Source of the DNA: Candidatus Daviesbacteria bacterium
GTDB taxonomy: Bacteria > Patescibacteriota > Microgenomatia > Daviesbacterales > UBA10151
DNA: 43,466 nucleotides
Direction: 5' to 3'
Assembly: GCA_041690695.1 (NCBI GenBank)
Contig: JBEPVZ010000005.1
Coordinates: forward strand, 1-43,466
Positions 27,283-35,197 of this stretch are shown in pieces. How positions within the stretch are numbered: the first letter of the stretch is position 1; each line of letters starts with the position of its first letter. The notes beneath the pieces are model-generated. The model searched no databases, was not told the DNA's origin, and was given only the letters and a program-made list of their open reading frames with translations. The translations under genes and the position numbers were made by a program.

Positions 27283-27888
27283 CTAGTCTTCGACTAATTC
27301 ACCTTCGAGAGAAACGACTGGCCCAGTTGGGCGACCATATTGTTCGCGTTCGCGATTAATTAATCGCTCTAATAGATTTTTGAATTCAACTGGATAACCC
27401 ACATGCTCAAGTGTAATCTCACCCTTATTCATCCCTGCGGTATTAATAATAACTTTACCTTGATACATAAAGAATCGATCGACAAATCCTTGAAAAACCT
27501 CAATATGAGTCATCTTGTCATATAACGCCGAGGTTAGATTAACTACAAAAAAACCTTTTTTGATAATTAATCGCCGGGTCGTCATTAAATATTGATGAGA
27601 ATGGTGAACAAAATAAGCTTTAAAGAAACCAACAATCCCAGCGATAACGAGTCCAATTAATAAACCATAGCCGGCTCGAGTTATATCATGATTTGGGAAA
27701 AAGCCTGCTCCAAAACCAATTGCCATGAAAAAGAAGCCAGGAATGGCTAGTGCCATAATAAAGATCTCCCGGATATGCATGGTGCTATAGCCTGTCACCA
27801 ATATTAGTTCTTCACCTTCGGCTAAAAACCGGGCAAAACGGTGACGTTCTTTCTGAGAAACGTTTTCTTTGTAATGTTGTCTGGCCAT
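27283..27888 (-). CDS. Membrane protein with a bacterial PH (bPH_2/YdbS-like) domain
   Basis: Two TM helices followed by YLMTTRRLIIKKGFF...YDKMTHIEV.QG..DR...G.V.INTAG. Confidence 0.75.
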   Translation of the reverse strand: MARQHYKENVSQKERHRFARFLAEGEELILVTGYSTMHIREIFIMALAIPGFFFMAIGFGAGFFPNHDITRAGYGLLIGLVIAGIVGFFKAYFVHHSHQYLMTTRRLIIKKGFFVVNLTSALYDKMTHIEVFQGFVDRFFMYQGKVIINTAGMNKGEITLEHVGYPVEFKNLLERLINREREQYGRPTGPVVSLEGELVED

Positions 27889-27945
27889 TCTTAAGTTAAT
27901 GATACTACATTAAAGAGCGGTTAGAAGAAGTTAGGCTATGGCCGA

Positions 27946-29577
27946 TCAGTAATCACCCATGCCTGGCATGCCGCCGGGCATTCCACCCGCTGGGGTCGGA
28001 GATTTTTCAGGAGCATCGGTAATTAAAACGTTAGTGGTCATAATCATGGCTGCAACCGATGCCGCATTCTGTAAAGCTGAGCGAGTAACTTTAACTGGAT
28101 CAATGATTCCAGCTTTAACTAAATCTTTAACTTGACCATCGGCGACGTCAACTCCAAAAGTTGGACCAGCCGCTAAAACATCTTTCATCATCATCCCAGC
28201 ATTAAATCCAGCGTTTTCCATTAATCTGTTAAACGGCATAAGGATTGCTCTTTTAACAATCTCGATTCCGGTCTGTTCTTCAAGATTAGCACCTTTTAAG
28301 TTATTTAAGACTTTGCTAGCCCTTAGTAATGCAATCTCTCCTCCAGCTACAATACCTTCTTCAATCCCCGCTTTAGTCGCCGCCACCGCATCAATGACTC
28401 GTTCTTTTTTCTCTTTTAATTCAACTTCTGTGGCTGCTCCAACATTAATAACGGCTACTCCACCCGTTAACTTAGCGAGTCGCTCTTGAAGTTTTTCGCG
28501 ATCAAAATCTGAAGTTGATTCAGAGATTTCGCGTCGCATCTGAGAAATTCGAGCTTCGATCTGTTTTTTGCTACCTTTACCATCAACAATTAAAGTTGAA
28601 TCTTTTTTAGATGTCACTCGACCAGCTTGCCCTAAATCTTCAATCTCAACTGACTCAAATTTGCGACCAGTTTCTTCTGAGATAACTGTTCCCCCAGTTA
28701 AAGTCGCAATATCAGCTAACATTGATTTGCGACGATCTCCAAAACCTGGAGCACTAACCGCCAAGACATTAAATGTCCCTCTAATTTTATTAAGGACTAA
28801 CGTTGGGAGCGCATCGCCTTCGATCTCATCGGCAATAATAACTAAGGTTTTTGAGACTTGGACAAATTTTTCTAGGAAGGGTAATAGCTCAGCCATTGAT
28901 GAGATCTTTTTATCGGTGATCAATATGTAAGGATCTTCAAGAGTCGCTTCCATCTTGTCAGAATCAGTTACAAAATATTGAGAAGCATAGCCTTTATCAA
29001 ACTCCATCCCTTCTTTATGATCAACGGAGATTAACATCGTTTTTGATTACTCAACAGTAATGACACCGTCTTTACCAACCTTAGTAATAGCATCTGAGAT
29101 CATCTTCCCGATGTGTGAATCAGCCGCTGAAATTGTCGCAACTTGAGCGATCTCCTCAGGAGTTGTTAATTTTTTAGACATTGTTCGGAGTTCAGCAACT
29201 AATGCGATAACAGCTTTTTCAATGCCAGTTCGAAGAATCATCGGATTAGAACCCGCTTGAATATTTTTTAAACCTTCTGATACGATCGCTTGAGCCAAAA
29301 CAGTTGCAGTCGTTGTTCCATCTCCAGCCACATCGTTCGTTCTTGAGGCCGCTTCTTTAATTAATTGCGCTCCCATATTTTCAAATGGATCTTCAAGTTC
29401 GATCTCTTTAGCAACCGTTACCCCATCATGAACAACCGTTGGGGCTCCCCATTTTTTATCGATGGCAACGTTACGGCCTTTAGGTCCAAGTGTTGAAGCC
29501 ACAGCCTCAGTTAGGGTATTAACCCCTTTAAGTAATTTTTCGCGGGCTTCAGAATCAAATTTTAATATTTTAGCCAT
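27946..29577 (-). pseudogene. groEL: Chaperonin GroEL interrupted by a single in-frame TAA (29049-29047); nonsense allele, sequencing error or split gene
   Basis: Continuous frame reads ...DGVITVE*SKTMLISVDHKEGMEFDKGY..., where the usual sequence is VEESK. Also [31 protein letters not shown] and a GGM-type tail. Confidence 0.9.
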
Positions 29578-29915
29578 GTTAACTCCTGTCTATCTTCTTG
29601 ATCGTCCATAACATCCTCAATGACCGCTAATCTTTTGTTAGCAAATATTTCTAAACCTAAACCAGCTGCAATATCTAAAGCTCCCACGATCAACCCAACT
29701 GTCGAGGCCGCTCTAACTGACTTGGAATGCTCATGGTCTGGGTCTTTAGAAGTTAGCCAGCTTAAACCTAGATTGACAGCTGATAGACCCACTCCAATAC
29801 CGGTTAAGCCTTTACCGATCGTGACCACATCTTCCAAAACCAACCGTTCCTCATCAACAGCATGTGGAACTAGGCCTTCAATTCGAGTTCGATAATCAAC
29901 AGCTTCTGCATTCAT
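29562..29915 (-). CDS. Hypothetical two-TM protein within the groE operon
   Basis: Two Gly-rich hydrophobic helices. The 3' end overlaps the groEL start and carries its AGGAG. Confidence 0.65.
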   Translation of the reverse strand: MNAEAVDYRTRIEGLVPHAVDEERLVLEDVVTIGKGLTGIGVGLSAVNLGLSWLTSKDPDHEHSKSVRAASTVGLIVGALDIAAGLGLEIFANKRLAVIEDVMDDQEDRQELTWLKY

Positions 29916-29918
29916 ATT

Positions 29919-30452
29919 TTATTTTCCACCATTTACCGGACAAGTTTTAGTCGTTGGTAAAAGTCTCACTGCAGTATCAGCCAGATCTATTTTAGCCCAA
30001 ACACCAAAATCATATGAATCAAACCACGCTGACCAGACACCTTGACGATCAGCTCGAGAATTGTGCATTTTGGCCAGAGCAGCTCCCAAAACTAACTGAT
30101 CTTTCTTATGACTTTGTTGATATCGATCCAAATGGACTCGTGCTAGCGGAAGGTCAATAATCGGTCTCTCAGAAAGTCTGGACATACCGTTTCGTTTCTC
30201 ACCATGTCTCTGTCGAAGAAGGTCTTTGATGTTGCTCTTATATTCATACAGATAACCTAAACCTTCTGCGATCGCTCCGGAGCTTTTATTTCGACCTCGA
30301 GTCAATTCAGCCATTCGGACAGTCAACGGATCAATCACTAATAAGGGGTTCATCGCTACCCTATCAGTAAATGTTGATCCCGAACTACGGAGATCCTCTA
30401 AAAATCTCAGCGATGCTTCAAATTGTCCACCAAATAATTCAGGCTGGGCCAT
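29919..30452 (-). CDS. Hypothetical protein within the groE operon
   Basis: 177-aa open frame starting 1 nt after the groES stop. Confidence 0.65.
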   Translation of the reverse strand: MAQPELFGGQFEASLRFLEDLRSSGSTFTDRVAMNPLLVIDPLTVRMAELTRGRNKSSGAIAEGLGYLYEYKSNIKDLLRQRHGEKRNGMSRLSERPIIDLPLARVHLDRYQQSHKKDQLVLGAALAKMHNSRADRQGVWSAWFDSYDFGVWAKIDLADTAVRLLPTTKTCPVNGGK

Positions 30453-30453
30453 A

Positions 30454-30780
30454 TTATTCTATTACCGCCATTAGATCATCAAATTTAACTAATTTATATT
30501 CAATACCAGTTACTTTAATCTCATCCCCGCCCCATTTTTTATAAACGACCACATCATTTAATTTAACCGGACATTTGAAAACTCGACCACCATCAAAAAC
30601 GACATCATCACCAATTGCAACAACAGTTCCTTGAGCTGGTTTTTCTTGAGCACTTTCGGGAAGAATAATTCCGGAGGCGGTTTTAGTATCACCGGCTGAT
30701 GGCGAAACTAAGATATAACCCATTAGTGGTCGGAGCTTAAGCATTGGTTTTGATTCTATCTCTTTTTTTGGTCTAGCCAT
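30454..30780 (-). CDS. groES: Co-chaperonin GroES
   Basis: LRPL, KTASGIILPESAQEKP..G.VVAIG and VVYKKWGG.EIK. Confidence 0.95.
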   Translation of the reverse strand: MARPKKEIESKPMLKLRPLMGYILVSPSAGDTKTASGIILPESAQEKPAQGTVVAIGDDVVFDGGRVFKCPVKLNDVVVYKKWGGDEIKVTGIEYKLVKFDDLMAVIE

Positions 30781-30823
30781 GGTTAGTTTTGCAAATACTT
30801 GCGGGCAGAGTTAAGTGGTTCAA

Positions 30824-30852
30824 TATATATACTAATTAAGCATCTCTGTCAA
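30824..30852 (-). promoter_or_regulatory. Sigma70 promoter of the groE operon
   Basis: Minus strand reads TTGACA(30852-30847)-17 nt-TATATA(30829-30824). No CIRCE element seen. Confidence 0.65.
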
Positions 30853-30873
30853 GGGAGACTCCCTTTATCAGAC

Positions 30874-30902
30874 TTGATAGTCGAGATTAAATACCTTATA
30901 TT
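30874..30902 (+). promoter_or_regulatory. Sigma70 promoter of the dihydroorotase gene
   Basis: TTGATA-17 nt-TATATT, 9 nt before ATG 30912. Confidence 0.6.
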
Positions 30903-30911
30903 AATCACCAG

Positions 30912-32033
30912 ATGATCGATATTGATTCTGGCCCAAATCCAAATGGGTTAACCAAAATTCCAGGTGGTTTAATTGATCTTCATGTCCATGCTCGTTACCC
31001 AGGCGGCCAATCTGAAACCATTAAACAAGCCAGCCATGCTGCCGCTCGGAGTGGAATCACCACCTTTGTAGGTATGCCTAATACTAGTCCTTCCGCTACA
31101 AATTGTGAGGTCATGATGGATATCCGCCAAGAAGCCTTAAGAGAAGGTATCTGGGTCGATTTTGGGATGCATTTTGGCGCTACTCCTACCAGTCGAGACG
31201 AAGCCATTGAGGCCAAAAGACGACGGCTGTCTGTTACAGATAAAGCTTATTGTGATTTTACAACCGGTGATATTATCTTAACTCCTGAGGAAACGAAAAA
31301 GGTCTTTGAGATTTGGCCAAGAGATCACATCCTCTATCTTCATGCCGAAGGTGGAACACTTGATAATGTCATAAAATACGGTTGGGAAAATGAACAACCA
31401 ATTCATATTGCTCATGTTAGTTTAGCTACAGAAGTTTTGGCAATTGAGAAAGCTCAAGCTCGTGGTCAGATGATTACTTGCGAGGTGACTGATCATCATT
31501 TAAATCTGAACCATAAAGATTTAGCTTACTTGGGGCCATTTGGGATGATGAAGCCTGAGCTTGGTGATGAGGAAGACCAAGCAGCTCTTATTGAAGCTTT
31601 CCAAAGCGGCCTTATTGATATTGCTGCCACCGATCATGCTCCGTGGTTACCATCTCAAAAGATGAACTTCTGGGATAAACCTAAATTTGGGGTTCCGGGC
31701 TTAGACACTCATTTTGCGATGCTGGCAACGATGGTTAATGATGGCAAGCTAAGTTGGAAACGATTTATTGAAGCGACCGTCACTAAACCCCGTCAAATTG
31801 CAGGTATCCCACTAGATGAAAGTACTTACATTATGGTTGATATGAACAAAGAGTACACGATTAATCAACAAGATTTGGCAACCAAGTGTGGCTGGAGCCC
31901 TTTTACCGGTATGAGAGTTAAAGGTCGGGTTGAAGAAGTTGTCTTGAGAGGACAGACTGTTTATAAAGAAGGACAATTAGTTGGTCAACCTAGAGGCCAA
32001 TTTTATCCGTATTCTTCCGATATTGCTGCATAA
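30912..32033 (+). CDS. pyrC: Dihydroorotase-family amidohydrolase (CAD-type-like)
   Basis: IDLHVHAR.PG, MPNT, HAE, HIAHVS, TCEV..HHL, ATDHAP, GVPG and KCGWSPF.G..VKG.V..V.LRG. Confidence 0.85.
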   Translation: MIDIDSGPNPNGLTKIPGGLIDLHVHARYPGGQSETIKQASHAAARSGITTFVGMPNTSPSATNCEVMMDIRQEALREGIWVDFGMHFGATPTSRDEAIEAKRRRLSVTDKAYCDFTTGDIILTPEETKKVFEIWPRDHILYLHAEGGTLDNVIKYGWENEQPIHIAHVSLATEVLAIEKAQARGQMITCEVTDHHLNLNHKDLAYLGPFGMMKPELGDEEDQAALIEAFQSGLIDIAATDHAPWLPSQKMNFWDKPKFGVPGLDTHFAMLATMVNDGKLSWKRFIEATVTKPRQIAGIPLDESTYIMVDMNKEYTINQQDLATKCGWSPFTGMRVKGRVEEVVLRGQTVYKEGQLVGQPRGQFYPYSSDIAA

Positions 32034-32865
32034 CCTTCGGGTGATAATCTTCAGGATGAAGATATAAACTGGTTTGACTGATCCTCTCCGCCCCAGTTGG
32101 CCGGTCCATCACATAAAGCTGATACCTCTTCGCTAAGTTCTCTAAATAATCAAAAAAGATCGTCCAACGATTTAAAGGAAGTTGTTTCTTTTTAAACCTA
32201 GGCGGTTTAATCAGCCTCGGACCGATCCAATTTGGTAAATATTTTAAGGCCCACTGATTGGCCTCTAAAAATAAGTCATAAGTATTGTCTTTTTGCCAAA
32301 GTAATTTAAGTTGTAAAACTTCATGAGCGATATATAAACTTTTGTCGGATTGAGCTAAATCAGAAATTTCTAAAAAGATGTTCGGACAAATTTTACCAGC
32401 TGCTTGTCTTTTCTTATCGGCCCGAGTTCTTCGCCGACCTAAAGACTCAAGAACTAATAAAACAAATAGACGTGTCAACCATAATCTATTTTGTTCAGTA
32501 ATAATTACTAAATCAATATCATCATCTATGCTGGCATTGTTCATTGATAAAGTTCCCGAAACACCAACTAATTTAAGCCATGGCCAGAGTTTAATAATCT
32601 GAATAAAAACTGGTAATCTTCGAGAGAGTTTTTGAGAATGTTTTTCTCGATTTAAACGAGTATTAACCAAATTACTCTTAGTATTTAAATAATAAAAGCC
32701 TTTTTTTGTTCCAACTTTACTCTGTTTAATTAACCTTTTTAAACTCTTTTCAACTTGGGTTAAGCTAGCTGGTTGTTTGATTAACCATTTTTGAATCTCC
32801 CAAGCTTTCATCGGAAACTTAAAAATATCTGCATAAGCGAGGGTTTTTAAAATAGCTTTGTCCAT
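31990..32865 (-). CDS. Hypothetical protein with a Pol-beta-like nucleotidyltransferase motif
   Basis: VGVSGTLSMNNASIDDDIDLVII (G[ST]...DxD), with an N-terminal wHTH-like TLAYADIF.FP segment. Confidence 0.7.
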   Translation of the reverse strand: MDKAILKTLAYADIFKFPMKAWEIQKWLIKQPASLTQVEKSLKRLIKQSKVGTKKGFYYLNTKSNLVNTRLNREKHSQKLSRRLPVFIQIIKLWPWLKLVGVSGTLSMNNASIDDDIDLVIITEQNRLWLTRLFVLLVLESLGRRRTRADKKRQAAGKICPNIFLEISDLAQSDKSLYIAHEVLQLKLLWQKDNTYDLFLEANQWALKYLPNWIGPRLIKPPRFKKKQLPLNRWTIFFDYLENLAKRYQLYVMDRPTGAERISQTSLYLHPEDYHPKVMQQYRKNTDKIGL

Positions 32866-32920
32866 ACTACGTATATATACTTATATACTCTCTTAGTCAA
32901 ACATTTTATAATTAAGCCCG

Positions 32921-33829
32921 ATGACAAACTTTAGTGCGCTAACGACCCTTGAGATCGGCGGACCAATCAAAGATTACCAAGTTGTTTATACTGAAGATGA
33001 GCTTATAAAAGCTCTTCAAGGCGCTCATCAAAATCAGCAAAAGTTTTTAGTGGTTGGCGGAGGAAGCAATCTATTAGTCAGTGATGAAGGGTATGACGGA
33101 CTCGTTATTCATAATCGAGTTGTCGATATTAAACAACAAGACAATACCTTAATTGTCTCCTCAGGAACATCACTTCAAGAGTTAGTTGACTATACAACTG
33201 AATCCGGCTTATCCGGTATGGAAAAACTAATTGGCATTCCTGGAACCGTTGGCGGAGCCATTTATGGTAATGCCGGGGCCTATGGACAAACAATTAGTGA
33301 TCATTTAGTTGAAGCAACTTGTTTTGATGGCCAAACTAAACAGATTTTGTCTAAATCCGATTGTGGGTTTTCATATCGTGAGAGTAACTTTAAAAATAAT
33401 CAATTAATTCTTTTAGATGCCACTTTTAAGTTTTCTACGACCGACGCTACTGCTTTAAAAATAACTGCCCATGAAGTTTTAACTAAACGCCAACAAAAAT
33501 ATTTACCTGGTATCAAATGTCCCGGTAGCTTTTTTAAAAATGTTTTAGTGGAAAATTTATCTGAAGACACATTAGCCCAACTTCCGGACCAAAAAGACTT
33601 TTTTGGCAAAGTTCCGGCCTGGATATTTTTAGATGAGATCGGAGCTAAAGGTTTACAAAAAGGTCAAGTTCAAGTAGCCGATTTTCATGGTAATTTAATT
33701 ATGAATTTAGGGGGTGGGACTGCTCAAGATTTTTGGGACCTAGCTAAAAATTTGTCTAATAAAGTTTATGAAAAATTTAGAGTCAGACTAGAACCCGAAG
33801 TTCAATTAGTTAATTTACCGAAGTTATAA
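32921..33829 (+). CDS. murB: UDP-N-acetylenolpyruvoylglucosamine reductase
   Basis: TTLEIGG, GGGSNLLVSD, GIPGTVGGA..GNAGAYG, FSYRES.FK, GSFFKN, HGN and LEPEV. Confidence 0.96.
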   Translation: MTNFSALTTLEIGGPIKDYQVVYTEDELIKALQGAHQNQQKFLVVGGGSNLLVSDEGYDGLVIHNRVVDIKQQDNTLIVSSGTSLQELVDYTTESGLSGMEKLIGIPGTVGGAIYGNAGAYGQTISDHLVEATCFDGQTKQILSKSDCGFSYRESNFKNNQLILLDATFKFSTTDATALKITAHEVLTKRQQKYLPGIKCPGSFFKNVLVENLSEDTLAQLPDQKDFFGKVPAWIFLDEIGAKGLQKGQVQVADFHGNLIMNLGGGTAQDFWDLAKNLSNKVYEKFRVRLEPEVQLVNLPKL

Positions 33830-33831
33830 TA

Positions 33832-35160
33832 TTATTGGCCCGAAACCGCTGGAGCACTACCTGAATATTTATCTAAGACTTGGCTCACTCCCGAAGCGGC
33901 GGTTCCTAAAGCATCTTGTGGACTCCCCCCCCCCACAACCGAGTTCACGGCATCTTCATAATATTTAATCATCTCTTCGTTAATCCCAGCGTCATAAGTA
34001 TCGCTCGCTAAGTACCAAAAGCTAGCTTTTGGAGCTTGATTAACAAATGCTCCGACTAACGGATCGTTGGCTAATTCTGATTGAAGATCAACTCTTGAAT
34101 ATGGCTCCCCAAATAGTCGAGTTTTTGAAGCTTCTTGATAAACAGCTTTTTCGCCATCACCTGAAGTTAGGTAATTTAAGAATTTCCAGGCTTCAGTTTG
34201 ATTAGGTGAATTACTAGCCACTCCCCAAGCCCAAAAGCTCGCCCAGTTAACGGTGGGATTACCAGGTAATTGAGGAACTGGAGCCACTTTAAAATGAAGT
34301 TGCGGATTGCTCGCTCTTAAGACTTGGGCTTCCCATGATGGACCAAAATAGAAAGCTAAACGTCCTTCAGCAAAAGCTTGAGTTGATGAAGGCATATTAA
34401 CGTCCCAAGTTTTATGTTTAGGGTCTGTTGCAAAGCTGGTATAAAATTGAAGGGCTTGAGCACCAGCATCATTATTCGGTTTAGTCAGATCAGCTGAAGG
34501 CTGTTGTAAAAAAAGTAATCCTAAAATATCTGACCAATGATCAACATTTGAAGTCGTACCCAAGGCCGCCCCAGCAGTTTGAATATGTCCAGTACTATCC
34601 GCCGTGGTCATTTTAGTAGCATCGTTAACGAAATCAAACCAACTTGTTGGCGGAACAATGCCCTGATTTTTCAGAAGATCTTCATTATAATAAAGTCCTA
34701 AACCATCAAACTCTTGAGGTATAGCATAAATCTGTTTGTTCGACGTTAAACTATCAACCGCCACTGGATAAAAAATCTTTGAATAGTCATCGAAAGATAC
34801 GATAGACGGAGGTGCAACCGCTAAAGTATTACTCTTAACAAACATCGATACCCAACTATCATGAATTAATAAGATATCCGGCCCTTGACCATTGGCAATT
34901 TGAGTTTGAACACGAGTCCGGTAGTTAGCGGTAGATTGAAAAGTATAATTAATTTTAACGTTCGGGTGAAGCTGTTGATAATTATCAAAAGCCGCTTTAA
35001 AACCATCCGTGCTCTCCCAAAGCCCCCAAATATTTAAAGTCACCGGAGCGGCTTGACTAGGCCCTTTATTATTTTTAAGAAGCGGCGGAACTAACTTCCA
35101 AAATAGAATCCCTAAAATAATACTGCCGATAATAACCCCTATCACAACAAACTTACTCAT
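33832..35160 (-). CDS. Extracellular solute-binding protein (sugar ABC type, family 1)
   Basis: TM anchor, LNIWGLW, GPDI, IYAIP..D.L.LYYN.DL, AFAEG..A..FG.SW and AWKFL.YL. ATG 35160 lies 7 nt after TATAAT. Confidence 0.88.
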   Translation of the reverse strand: MSKFVVIGVIIGSIILGILFWKLVPPLLKNNKGPSQAAPVTLNIWGLWESTDGFKAAFDNYQQLHPNVKINYTFQSTANYRTRVQTQIANGQGPDILLIHDSWVSMFVKSNTLAVAPPSIVSFDDYSKIFYPVAVDSLTSNKQIYAIPQEFDGLGLYYNEDLLKNQGIVPPTSWFDFVNDATKMTTADSTGHIQTAGAALGTTSNVDHWSDILGLLFLQQPSADLTKPNNDAGAQALQFYTSFATDPKHKTWDVNMPSSTQAFAEGRLAFYFGPSWEAQVLRASNPQLHFKVAPVPQLPGNPTVNWASFWAWGVASNSPNQTEAWKFLNYLTSGDGEKAVYQEASKTRLFGEPYSRVDLQSELANDPLVGAFVNQAPKASFWYLASDTYDAGINEEMIKYYEDAVNSVVGGGSPQDALGTAASGVSQVLDKYSGSAPAVSGQ

Positions 35161-35197
35161 CATGTAAATTATACCTGAAAATATGTACAATATGGGC

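Noticed and set aside
29037-29049. Programmed frameshift, intron or stop-codon reassignment in groEL
   Set aside because: Both halves are in the same frame with no extra sequence, and TAA ends many genes in this window, so it is not reassigned.
30781-30911. CIRCE/HrcA operator upstream of groES
   Set aside because: No TTAGCACTC-N9-GAGTGCTAA or close variant is visible.
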